A stretch of 63,891 nt of DNA, filler included, from Choristocarpus tenellus KU-1152 (taxonomy: Eukaryota; Protista; Phaeophyceae): the NCBI GenBank assembly GCA_964200185.2. It is 11 parts of 11 records of this genome, joined end to end, with 100 filler letters (N's around TTAATTAATTAA, not from the genome) between each part and the next. Parts side by side here need not be neighbours in the genome. Positions count along the whole stretch, not along the records: positions 1 to 9,136 come from CAXNAD020003953.1; positions 9,237 to 15,659 come from CAXNAD020008170.1; 9 more parts are not named here. One strand, written 5' to 3'. Below, piece by piece: positions 1-12,700 of this stretch (positions are counted from its first letter, which is position 1; each line of letters opens with the position of its first letter). The notes below the pieces were generated by a model, which saw only the letters and a list, made by a program, of their open reading frames with translations, was not told the DNA's origin and made no database searches. Both the position numbers and the translations under genes were made by a program.

Positions 1-20
1 CCCCCCAGATGCTTTGACCC
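1..20. mobile_element. MITE family A, terminal fragment at contig start
   Basis: ccccccagatgctttgaccc matches the family A TIR (cccccagatactttg...). Confidence 0.7.
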
Positions 21-34
21 CAATGCAATGTCTA

Positions 35-280
35 GGGAACCGTGGCTGAATAAACTCCAAGTCTCTTCGCAAGAAAAGCAATTCCTGTGCCGTACTGCTA
101 AGGGGGCTATATACTCACTCTCCATTTAGGACAGAGATACAACCTTTTGGACCTTTGACACCCAAGGTGTCGATCCTCCGCCATACATTATGGCTCCTCT
201 GGTCATTGATCTACGATCATTACAATCTCCAGCATAGCTAGCATCAGCAAATGCACTCATCTCAAATTCAGTACCAAAAC
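35..280 (-). pseudogene. Ty1/copia RNase H fragment, degenerate
   Basis: Minus strand reads AFADASYAGDCNDRRSMTRGAIMYGGGSTPWVSKVQKVVSLS*MESEYIA(frameshift)LSSTAQELLFLRR. This matches the copia RNase H pattern D-A-D/S...DRRS...W.SK.Q..V.LS..E.EY.AL, with one stop and one frameshift. Confidence 0.85.
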
Positions 281-1615
281 CAACAAAAATCAATCAAACA
301 CTTCGACACATGTTCAAATATTCATAAAACGGGTGGGCTCACAAGAAAGGTTGACACAGGACCTGTATATTGATGGAAAGATGAAACAGAAACATAAAAA
401 CACAAACTCCTTACTCCCAAGACAGCACTTCAATTCTCAGGCATTTACCTGAGTCGACACGGGACAAATAGGTGGGTTAAACCCTCCATTGCTGTTACGA
501 AAGTAATGTGGATAAGGGGAGAAGGGGGGACGAACTGAAGTTGGACCATGCATGTGCAGCTCCATCAAATAACAAGCATGTCGCGAAATAAAACTATTGG
601 TGATGTTCTGAGAGTACCCCAGCGGTGGAGCAGTGTCCTAGGGGATTGGTTAGGGATAGATGTTGCCGGTGTCAAACTCTGCCCTTCTGTTTTTTTCCCT
701 ACATCACTTTTAGTAATGTCTCAGATACACCATTGACAGACCTTTCATTGTGGAAGCAATTGATGCCATGAATCGCAACTGTTCAATTGGCTTCAGTTCC
801 ATTAAATTCCAAAAACAGAACTGAACTGAACTAAAAAAGTTCAGCTATTTGGTTACCTTTTTCATCTCAACACAAGCAGAAGTGTGGCTACTGAACTTTT
901 CCGACGTCACAGAAGAATCACATATTCTTCACAAGATGTCACTACCCTCAACTCACTACACGTTTCACTGTTCATGGCTTCAAATCTGCCTGCTGAGACC
1001 TGTGAAGGCTATGGAGCTTTTGGCTCGTGGAGCCACAAACCTGTTGTCTTGTGCACCAACAGCTCAATTCGGTTCAATTTGATAAATCGTTTTTTTCTCT
1101 CTAAACGATTTAATTGTGGTCGAAAATTCTCGAAGTTTACAGCACAACAACAATAGCATGGCAGTGACAACTGTTATTGTCATCTGGATCAGATGCAACA
1201 GCTCCACACCTAAAAATACGTAAATAAGCAGCCATGCAGTAACAACGGCATTTTCAAAAATACACCTGCCTGGTGAATTTCGGAAGAGAGTATATTGTGT
1301 TGTCAAGTCTATTGTTGTTTCTGTAGCAATAATGCAGTGTGTGCTCAACGCACTCTGGACTACCTACCGCTACTAACTGTCACATTGTTGGACTTAGCTC
1401 AAGTAAAAATCTTTCGTAAGTCACAGCAATCCCAGAAACTTTTCCACTAGCTGCAAAACCCATGCTTCAACAAGCATCTACAGCACTTTTAGTCACAAAA
1501 AAAACAGGAAGAAGTCCTTCCATCTTCTAACCCCGTATATCGAATTTTCGACCCCAACTCACTTTACCATCTATCTGCATGTGTAGTTCTCAGTGAGATT
1601 AGACAATGATAAACC

Positions 1616-4600
1616 CTAAAATAAAGTATCCTCCCCATCGGAGGCATCTGCTTGTGTGCCATCATCAAAGAAGGTGAGATCATCCACATCCTCATCCACA
1701 GCGCCCTCTTCGACACTGTCCTCCTCTCCATCATCCTCAACTACGCCCGTTCCACTCCCTTGAATTTTTGTACCTTCACCCATCCTCCCCCTAACAACCC
1801 CCTCAATGCTCAAAGAACCCTGCATACCCTCCGTGTCTACCTCCCCCTCTTCTTCTTGCTCATTGTCGTATTCTTGTTCATCCTCACCATCCTTATCCTC
1901 GTACACCGCCCTATGATCCGGTCCCAACAATACAAGGACATTGTCAAGGGTTGACTACGGTGGGGAGCTATTTTCTGGATCTATATCTACAGCATAAAAA
2001 AAAAGATCATCCATACAATAGTTTTTGGATTTTAGTGCACAAGTTCTTTTTATCGGATATTACACTACTACTACTGCACTCAAGAATCCAAAAGATTAAT
2101 TATCTGTCAATCAAAACTCTTAAAAAACGAGGTCAGCTTCTCTTTCTTAACTCATTCAGTGGAACACAAAATGTGACCAAAAACTCCCAAAATAACAACC
2201 AACTCCAAAAAGGAATCACACTTGTCCTGCACCTCACCTAAAACCGCCACAGACTCACCCCTCAAAGTCGAGTTCTTCTGGGACTTCAAGGTCTGGTACG
2301 TACAGCTCAAAGATGCTCAGGAGCTCCTCGGCATTGGCCAAGAAGTCAACAATTGCTCCATACCTGTAACAGACACGGAATCACCCAACAATCACCCACA
2401 TCACAAATGCACCATCCAAAGTGACAAGCAGGGAGAAAGTAGGTGCTATAGGGGTTCAGGATATGCCCAGGTGCAATGTCCTAGTCTAACGCATCAATTC
2501 CGCCGTGCTTGCTGGACTGGAAACAGAGATCTGAAACCACCCTCTGTCGCTTGAAATGATCACCTTACCAGTACCAGAGATATCATGAAGCAACAATCCA
2601 CTACACCACACAATAGTTAAATACACGGTACTAAACACAGGGATGGTTTCTACAGCAAGGTCAAAGGAAAGTGCACCATCCTACCAAAAAGAGGTGTACC
2701 CCATCACGAGGCACCTTCTCTTATACAATGTAGTGGGGACCCCTCTGCAGCTCTGTACTGTCTATGATTTAACAGGGCCGTAGGTCAGCCCACAGCCTGG
2801 TCCAGTCCAGCTGAAATCCATACAGTCCTGGACCAGCCCCACTAAAAACACATTTCACCGTAACTGTCCCACCAGCCAGCCACGAGACTCTTATCCAGTC
2901 CAGTGAGAAAAAAAAGAAAATAATTACCAGCGGTTGACTCTTTTGAGTTGAAACACTCCAGGGTATTTATTTTTTCAAGATCATAAAAATAAAATGGATC
3001 AGTCACCTCGCTTCGCCTTACAACTTTCCAATGATACTTCTGTGGATGTGTACAATACCACCACTCTACCCAAACAACTCAACATGTTAAGGGCGGCATA
3101 TTGGAAACATACTGTAGATCTAACATAGAGAGCATCCTTGCAGCTCCATGGCATCCACGGGTTCGAACCCGATTGAGGACATCTATACGTTCTTTTCACA
3201 GAAAAATATTTTTCCATGAACCATACCACAACTACAACAGAAAGGTACGCCTTCACCCTCTACCTTCTGCTAAACCACCAAAAAAAGGTGGAAAACCCTT
3301 ATCACGGTCACAAGTCGTAACTGTGATCAGGTCTTAACTGTGATCAGGTGAGCATCACGCGAGATTTGAGGGAGGAGCTGGAGTGACAAAAGAGGTGGGA
3401 TGGCTGAACCAAATGCACAAGACCAAATCGAGGCAGGCACAGGACAGTTAAATTAGTTGTAGTGAAACGGCTACTTCACACAGTCAATGAGAAGTAGTAA
3501 AGTGTGCAGTTAGTGCCTCTGACCATGGGTTGGGGCTAGGTAAGGTTGAGCTACGGTGCTTCCTAGTCAGACCAAAGTGAGACAATATTAATAACAATGA
3601 TAATTACGTTGAAGATAATAATAATAATAATAATAACAATGATGATGATGATCATCATCATCATGACATATGCCATGTGAAGTCAACTCAGCCAGACCTA
3701 AGCATCTCCAACACTCCTAGGATGCTTCCTTCAAGGTATCAAGTAGTCAAGCGCGAGCACAACTACCCCAAAACATGTTCCTCTAGAAGGGTTTCCACAA
3801 TGAAAACAGGCATTATCACCCTTCCCACCCTCTCACCACATCGTCTGCCTCGAACCGGACAAAGGAAGAACAAGAGAGGACACAGCCATCACACACTACG
3901 ATAAAGTTTTCCCCTTCATCATCCCGCAACACAACAATATCACTGCTTGCACACGCCTGGTGGAGTAGAACTCCTTGAACTCGTCCAAGCATTCCACCAC
4001 AGCACTGGGCTCCAGGTCTTCAAACAGGCTTCCACTCTGCGCCTCCTCAAGCATCCACTCTAGCCGGTCGTGAAAGAGACACCACAGCTACATTGCAAAT
4101 CAAGCAAAGTCACAATCACATTCAGAAGTTCAAATTAAGGAACAGGGAATAATACATCGGCCCCACTCAAGATCCATTTTTTTTTATTGAGCGTATATAC
4201 CTAGTGCCCCTTGCAAAGCTAACAGGTGTATCCTAATCTCACATAAACCAAACATCCAACGCAAATCCTCTCTCACAGACAACCTGATTTCAACGGTAAT
4301 TCCTACCATAGCCAAAACCAACAAGACCATTTCCAGCAGATGTGTCCCCATACCACCCACATGCAGGACACCACTCTCAACATCTACGCCCACCATTAAG
4401 CAAACGCGCTTTTGGTCCACAGAATCCTAGAGGGGAGGGGGGGATATCTAGACAAAGTGGTCCATGGGGTTTGATGGGGTGTTGTAAGATACCTCAGTTT
4501 TGATGCCCATTTCGCTGTCAATTTTTCTTTGGATTTGGTCTAGGCAGGGGTGTGTGAAAGAAGGTGCATTTGAAAAACGAAGGAAATTTCCCCTTACATT

Positions 4601-7600
4601 TGACCCCATGACTAATATGATGACATCAAACCGCCACTACATTACACAGACCCCTAATGGACGCCTGATGCCCACTCTAGGATACCATGGGCAATTTTTC
4701 TGACAGCAAACAAATCAATCGCTTTAAAATACTCCATCACCTGGCACACATCATCGGCAACAGCCTGCAGATAGAGCACAGAAAGTTCTGTCTCTTCCTC
4801 TGGTCGTGGTCCGCACGCCATAGCAAGGTCAATAGTCTGTCAAGAGAGCCATTGTGCACATTTAACAGTCATCAGTGTTGCAGTTATAACACACACAGTA
4901 CCACATACCCAGAATATTAAAGCCTCGCAGGCATTAATGACAATAACACCGCTTGAAATCTTGTCGGCACACAGCTTCAGTTGATATCCTCCTGACTCAA
5001 GAACAGGATCTACCCAAGCTGTTGGCATCACCTGGTACTACTGCGCCCAGATAAGTAATTGGGCACCACAAAGAAAGTCTCAGTTGGAAGAATCAAATGC
5101 ACAAGCCTTGACCCCACGGCGAACACCTTAAAGAGGCTCATCACCTACTCAAGGCGCTGCAGCTTACTAGATTGTATGCCCGGGGTAACATCCTAAAGAT
5201 CCAATCCAGCAATGCACCATATTCCACAGATGGAGAAGGCATCACCTACCTTGCGAGCCTTGACAAGCACTGTGACAACCTGCTCGTACCCAACGCCCTC
5301 ACGGAGGCTCTCCATCTCCTGCAAATGTCAAAGGGAAAATGTCATCAGGGTGTATACTCTGTCACCAAGCACAAGGGACAACTTTCTTCATGGACCTCCA
5401 GCAGGACAAGTCCTTGCAATGCTCCCTCCACTGTAACAGTAGATCGAACAATATATCAAAAGTTATCTATGTTTCCTTTTCCACCTATTGGCTAATATAC
5501 TAACAAAAATTGAGAAAGAGATCGAAAGCGATCAACTGAAAAACTTTGGCGAGAGACTGTATCATGCCCTGTATCACAGAGGTCAGGCATGTGGGCATAG
5601 GATTGATAACAGGGCTCTTCTTATCCGTATTTACAAAAATATTTCCATTTTCACTAGTTGGCAACATGTGGACTCAAAACACCAGAAACAGCAATATTTC
5701 ATAGTACCTTTTGGAAAAAAAAGTCATTTTTTTCTTGCTGGTAAGAACTATGAACATCTTGTGATAGCCCTAACCCTAACCCTGGCATACATCAAATAGC
5801 AAAACCAGCAACAAGAGTGCATACTAATGCAAAAACGATGATGATACATACAAATGCAACAATCACAGTACATACCGACGAAATAAAATAGAATATTTCA
5901 TATTGATGTACTTTGATGCACTAACAATAATATAGTAGTATCAATGAAAAAGAATATTTCATATTGATGTACTTTGATGCACTAGCAATAATATAGTAGT
6001 ATCAATGAAAAAGAATATTTCATACTGATGTACTTTGATGCACTAACAATAATATAGCAGTATCAATGATAATACACACTATCATAAAGCAAAAATAGGA
6101 ACACTCCATACAGCCACGAGACATACACTTCACTGTACTCTTACATTGTACACTGTACACCCATCTCACAAAGGCATACCAAAAACATGACAATCAGCAA
6201 GGTACACTGTACCTCAAACCGGGCGTTGAAGGAAAGAGCACGCTTGAACACATACAACCCATAGCGGGCTGTGAACGAACTGAATGGGCTTCCCTCCTCC
6301 CTGCTGTTCTCTAGCACCTCCATGGAAAACATACCACTTCCAGTCCGCTTATCTCGCTCCCTCCGCATCTAAGATTTGATGGAAGAAGGAAGGGGCATGC
6401 ATGCATTGGATCAAACAAATTCTTGAGAAATGTTATGTCAAGAAATTTCGCTAGAATTTGCCAATCAGCAATTTGATGTAAATTCACAACTCGGAACATT
6501 CTGGAATAAGAATGCCTCACATAATCCCAGGGGTCCTATGGACTGACATGTAGTCTGCAAAGACGTTAAGGCATAAACGTAGACAAAATCAAACCTATGC
6601 AGTGGTATGTCCCATTGTACTGCAATGTGAAAAAAACTACAGTATCATCACATTCATAATAAAGGTATGTAACTATCAAACAAACACCAAACAATGAGAA
6701 AACAGTAAGCTCCCTTCCTGTATGTCACTACCTGCAGATGACCATAGGGTGGTGCAAAAGGCTCCGACTACATTAGTCAATACTAGTGTATACATATCAA
6801 TCAAGTACCCTACATTCAAAGTCAACAAAGATATCTTGCATTTGGCCTTGCATACATTCCACGGAGTATGCATCTAATAAGGTCTCTAGTAAGGGTGAGC
6901 AAGTGTGTGTGTGGGGGGGGGGGAGGGCAGGCACACCCATTGATTCAAGATTAACCACCACTCAAAGAGACAAAAACTAACCAAGATATTTTCTATCACG
7001 GCAGTCCAACCAGTATCAGCACAAGGGAAACTTGCTCCACTGGACACTTCAAACACAAAAATGGTTGCAATCATTAGGATGCATGCAAAATATGATGTGG
7101 TTTACAGGGAGAGAGCCATGAAGAGCGTGCAAGTGGGGAGTGACTAGATACTAACTAAAAGGACATACAACACATTACTGGAGAATATTATCAAGAACTG
7201 AAGTAGGACTTAGTGGACAACTCTTACCGGTGTTTCTGGAAGACTTGAACGAAAAATAATGGATAATAACCCAAACTCTTAAAAATGAAGTATTTTCAAA
7301 AGTCATCCACCAACTACTTCTACTCTACACTCCAACAATATGCCACTCACCCAACCAATACCTAGTCAAACCCATCCACATGTAATTCCTGCTACCTTTC
7401 TCCCATAAAACAAACTGTATCTTACACAGGGTAGTATGCATCTGATGCATTAAAACATTAGAAAATATACTTTTTTATAAAAAATGAAAAAAGATACTGA
7501 CTGGTCTATAGTACTAGGTGTACAAACTTATTTAAAAAAGAACAGAAAAAAACATCCTTTTTGAGCGTACACTCCAATGACATACATTAAATACGCAGCA

Positions 7601-8065
7601 TGGAGATGCCTGTTCTAAACAGAGAGCATGTCAGGAAAAAATAAAAATAAGGACAATCAACCCCCCCCCCCCAGGAAAACGCCTTAACAACAAACCATCC
7701 TATTTATTATTCACATCGTTCATAAACAAAAATAACAGTTGTCTGTGAGCACTTGATAAATAACTACTAGCAAAAAAATAGAAAGCACGGATCAATCAGC
7801 AACGCATTGGGACACAATATTCGAAGTACTCGAGACACCATACAGGAGAGCATATAGATAATAATATAGATAATAATATAGATAATAATATAGATAATAT
7901 GGTAATAATAAGCAGTAATACCACACCTTTGTCAGGAACCGCTTCAGCACCCGATCATCCTCCGGGGGCAAATCTCGCAGAATGCAATGGAAAAGATACA
8001 GCCCCTTGGAAGCAGTCCGCCAATCCTGCTCCGAGATCCTGGTCCAAAGCTTGTTCAAAAGGACC
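1616..8065 (-). CDS. ANTH/ENTH-like domain protein with acidic C-terminal tail (5'-partial, spliced)
   Basis: Phase-consistent exons 8065-7927, 6368-6213, 5318-5250, 4836-4741, 4087-3957, 2363-2259, 1910-1616 (stop TAG). Translation includes LNKLWTRISEQDWRTASKGLYLFHCILRD (like ANTH W.VA.K.L...H.LLR), FSSFTARYGLYVFKRALSF, EFYSTRYGAIVDFLANAEELL and a D/E-rich tail. All acceptors are AG; donors are GT except one GC. Confidence 0.75.
4414..4693. mobile_element. MITE family C copy (intronic)
   Basis: Ends ggtccacagaatcctagagggg ... cccactctaggataccatgggca form imperfect TIRs. The interior aligns with 13684-13957 (ggtgttgtaagata, gaaggaa, aatggacgcctga). Confidence 0.75.
5890..6069. repeat. 61-bp tandem repeat, 3 copies
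   Basis: Unit gaatatttcatattgatgtactttgatgcactaacaataatatagtagtatcaatgaaaaa starts at 5891, 5952 and 6013. Confidence 0.95.
7852..7900. repeat. 12-bp tandem repeat (atatagataata), about 4 copies
   Basis: Directly visible; intronic. Confidence 0.9.
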
Positions 8066-9051
8066 CTAAACGTCAACCGTCATTCGCATCAAGCAGCAAC
8101 ATACGCATACCGAGTGGGTTGGAGACAAGCACAGGCATTGGGAAGGTTCTGCACAGGTCATGAGTGTGGTGCTGTTTGGTTTCGACTACATGCACACGCT
8201 ACAAAGCAGGCTTTAGTACACAGGCAGGCACTCCGAGTCTAGCATGAGAGTTTCAAAGCCCTAACACTGACCTCAAATAAATATTGCCGTGAGTTAACCT
8301 TCTCAGAGTACACTATTTCTGCTGTTATCAGTACACTCGTCAGGTAGGGTTAGGGAGTGGGGACTTGCACCGGCAATTCATAGAAAACAAATTTTAAAAA
8401 GTGAAAAAAATATCGGTCCAAAGGTGCACAGAGGAGTAGTTGATGGCTTTGGAAACCTTACAAATTGAGCGCAGTATGAATGTCATAGATTGTAAGCTAA
8501 GGACTCCTGATGATTTACCAATTGCTGAGGCTAGATTGTGAAAGGTCATCACACCCAATTGCATCAAAATCCTGGTAAACCCTATGTAAAAAACCCTATA
8601 TATATATTAAAACCCTATGTACACAAAACAAAACCCCTCTCGTCCCAAGCTAACCTATCTATCTCATGAGGATAAAGACAAGAAAACCGTAGGTTGAAAC
8701 CAAACAATCATTCAGACCAATAGAAGAATTCTTGAAGGAACAAGGTCATGCACCAAGCTTCTTAACCTCAACGCCGTAGCCCTAACCCTGACCACCTACC
8801 TAGTTAAAGACAACTGCTGCGTGGACAAACCTTGCTCCATTGGAGTTGATCATCGTACTTCAACGTAGTGTGCCCAAATCGACCTACAATTTTGAGTCCC
8901 AACCCAACATCGAAGTTTGATATTTCAACAGCAATAGTCATCCTCTTCTCCCACACTGCACAGACAAATCAAGCACACGCTGGGAGTATTACAAATATCC
9001 ACTTTCTACATTCAAGAACACAATTTACTGCCTGTTAGTTGTTGAGAGTGC

Positions 9052-9089
<38 letters not shown>

Positions 9090-9136
9090 AACCACACCAC
9101 CACACCCATGACCCCCCCCCCCCCACCTCAACTGAG

Positions 9137-9236
9137 NNNNNNNNNNNNNNNNNNNNNNNNNNNNNNNNNNNNNNNNNNNNTTAATTAATTAANNNNNNNN
9201 NNNNNNNNNNNNNNNNNNNNNNNNNNNNNNNNNNNN
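9137..9236. other. Artificial contig linker N44-TTAATTAATTAA-N44
   Basis: Exact 100-nt pattern with stops in all six frames; occurs 10 times in the window. Confidence 0.98.
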
Positions 9237-9287
9237 TGTGCAGAAAAAGATAGATTTTGAATCCTGTGAAGAAATGCCTGGAGGAGA

Positions 9288-9558
9288 GAGTGTAAGCATC
9301 TGAGAGGGTACAAGTTTGCTCTGTTTGTCCATTGTTTGGGGCTTGCCTTCCCACGTTTTTTTTTTAATGACATTTTCCTACTCCGAATTGTTTCGGAGTA
9401 AGTAAAAGGTATACCTTATGAAAAGGTGTGATCAGAACAAGGAAGGATAATCGCACTTCCTAACAAACATGATAGCCAAACTTACATCGAAATCGCAACA
9501 TTGGGTTTTGGTCCCCAAATGGACACGGCTCTACCCTAACCCTAAGATACTTTGACTC
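9288..9558 (+). mobile_element. MITE family B copy
   Basis: gagtgtaagcatctgagagggta ... taccctaaccctaagatactttgactc; interior matches the other B copies. Confidence 0.85.
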
Positions 9559-9775
9559 AGATTCTTCTTGATTACCCCATTTTGGAGGGCTGCTTTTGAT
9601 ATGTGGGTGTGAGGCAGTCAGTAATTTGCTTGCTTGGAAGCATCTGATGGTTTGCATTCAGGGACACACTATTATCTTGGGGAGGCTTTTCCCCCATTGT
9701 CTACACTCTCATTTTTTTTTATATTGCTTTTTTCCTTAATTGTACGTATCTATGCAATGGTTTGGATGCAATGAG

Positions 9776-12700
9776 GTTGGCTATGGGGATATCAAGCCAC
9801 TGAGTGATCAGGAGCGAGCCATTGCTTGCTTCACCATGGTGTGTGGAACAACCATGTTCTCCTATGTGATTGGCAGCGTCTCCAACCTTGTCAGGCGAGT
9901 ATGGATCCATCCCCCTAGTATTTGACTGGTGTTGCCTGGGCAGGTCTAACCCTAACCCTAACCCTAACCCTAGTTGAACGCTGTAGTGAAGGTCAACAAC
10001 ACTTAGCATTAATACAATTTATCTGGGCAATACTGTAGCACTGCCAAGTACATTACACTTACATTGCAGAGCACCAAACACGGAGCATCATGGCTGACAA
10101 ACATCAGAATGAGACCTTAAACATTTTTCATTCAATCCACTACCAAACAGCATAGAATGTTTGTCCGTGGCTGCACATAAGCCCCCCCCATTACACCCTC
10201 ATTTAATACCCCCCCCCATTGGCCTTATTTCAAACCAAAATCTCCTCAGTTCCTCTGATTTAGACAAAATGTTTGTTTACCCATCCCACACAAAATAATT
10301 TGACTGCTTTCATTTTTAAATCTAATAAAAGCGGGCATATACTCCAAAGTAAGAGACCTTTTCTAGATGGACAACCTAGACAAATTGTGTGCAGCAGTGT
10401 GCCTTAGTAAACTGGCTTGGATATATTGGTGCCTATATTACTTTTCGTTTGCCTTGAAATTCCAAGGATTGTTACTCTCTGTTGAGATTACAACAACCAC
10501 TATGAATGACATCGTGGCTCAAAGTATCTGGGGGGGGTGGCGGCTGGCTGTCCATTTGAGATCAATTTTTTTTTAATGTCGCTATTTTTGGATGATTTGG
10601 TTGCATACATCGGATGGATAATGTAAATGCACTTTGCCTGATTCTGGCTTAAATGGACACGCTGGTGTAGACCCCGCCACCCCCCCCCCAGATACTTTGG
10701 GTCTGTCTAAAATTGATACTCATTATACTTCACTTGGCTTGTTGTTGGGCCTGGCAGGAATCCTGCTGGGGGTCATGTGCGGAGAGATGCTGAGATGGTC
10801 AATGTTAACAACTACCTGGGGGAGCAAGGAGTCACCGGGCAAATGTACAATGTAAGAACTCCTCGCCTATGGTAGCTGTTTTTGGATACTCTACAAAAGT
10901 GAAACGACGCCCGAGGATGGCAAAAGTGACGAGCACTGTTGCTGCCCTTGCAAAATATTGGATTGGACTAATGAGGAGCGCCTCCAGCAATGCTTCATAA
11001 CAACAACTTACAAGCTCATGGATCTGAAGTTTCAGTCATAGTCTAGATCAGGCTGAGGTTGAGAATGATAAAATTTTACCCAAGGCCTCTGTGCTTTGAC
11101 CTGTCCTCCCATCTCCCTGCCCGGAACCAGTCGATCAGGAGCCACATGGCCTACGTACTCAACTGGCGCAGTGCATGTAATGAGGAGGACATCCTGCAGC
11201 GCATGGCCCCAAATCTGCGGGCCAGGGTCTTAAAGCAAGTTCACGATGACGCAATCAAAATCATTCCCATCTTCAAAAGTCAACCCCCAGGGTTTGTGAC
11301 AGCTATCCTGCAGCACCTTCGACCCCAGCTATACATGCAGGTGAACGTGTTGTCTTAGAATGCACAGGGGTTGGTGTCACCTTATGGCACTAATGCAAGA
11401 GTGCCTGCTTGCACACTCCTGGCACTGTGGCCATGGTGAGCTCCACTGGTTGGGCGGACAAAACGTTCAACTTGAGGGTAGTACATTAGACTACCAAAGT
11501 GCACAGCGTACTCTGTACTCCATACCTGTAAGTACAGATGGACCTTGGAACTACCCTCTGCTGCAGTTTATCGACATTATGTATTGGATATGATACGCGC
11601 AAAACAATATCAATATCATTCAAATGTTAATACACTTTATATATATATATATATATTTATTTATTTTTAAGAGGAAGCAACACAGAGCAATACATTTCGT
11701 ACAATTCGACATGTTGTATGGAAAAGTAACAAGGCTGGAGTGCACCAGACCAAGAATGACATCGGGTTTACACTATAGTGAGAGAACTGCAAAAGGACAT
11801 GGACCGGTGAAATATTTCACAAGTGAGATATACTCAATTCTCACTAGAAACACCTGTGCCAAACCTCACCTCATCCGTCACGTTTTCTACTACACAACAT
11901 CAAGGGAGAGGTTGTCTACGAGGCCTCAAGCAGGAGTCAAGGTGTATACTTCGTCATTAGAGGCATTGCAGAGGCATATGTGAAGGTGCCTGTGGTGGGC
12001 CAAGCGGATGAGACTGAGGAGAAGGTGGTGGCTATAGTTCCTACAGGGAGATTCTTTGGCTACACCAGGTGGGCAATTTGAGTCTTTCAGTCATAATTTC
12101 AAAGGTGAAAAATCCTACACAAGGGATGCACTTCCACTTCTACCAAATTCACACGCTGGTACATAATCCACAATAATTTCAGGAATGTGTGCTTGTGCTA
12201 AAGTTACACACAAGCAATTTTGATAACCTTGATTTGGTACCATGATACTAGTGATTTGTTTCCTATCAATTAGTTCATAGATCAAGATATAAGAGTGGTA
12301 TCGTTTGATCTATCCACAGGGATTTGATGGCTGATGCATGTGGTGAGAATCTTGGTAATTTGATAAACGTCCTCCTTCGTGTTATGCTGACAAGGCTTGG
12401 TCTGCAAATGGTTCACCTATGGTATTGAACTTCTGCTTTCCTTGTCCCGGTGGTTGTCCAGGTTTATGGCAGCACACTTGAGGGATGACCTTGCAATCAG
12501 AGCCTTCACACACCTGCAGGTGAAACTATTGCCTACAGAAGCACATGCACACACTTGCACACATGTGCCAACATATACTCAAAGCAGCCATTTATGGGTT
12601 GTAATTCAAGAGCCAAATACAGTATGATTGTGGGACAAATGGCGATACCAATTGTATTATAGTAGAGTCTTCATTGAAAGCAGCTGTGAACCAATGAATA

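Noticed and set aside
3157-3172. tRNA or SINE B-box (ggttcgaaccc; also near 44418 and 59835)
   Set aside because: No cloverleaf or A-box could be built around these motifs.
5890-6069. Possible CRISPR array (also 17592-17725, 51425-51690 and 62138-62320)
   Set aside because: Units are head-to-tail with no unique spacers, there are no cas genes, and the context is eukaryotic. These are minisatellites.
9181-9192. Recurrent TTAATTAATTAA palindrome as a biological site
   Set aside because: It is always centred in exactly 44+44 Ns, so it is an artificial six-frame-stop linker. ORFs touching it are artefacts.
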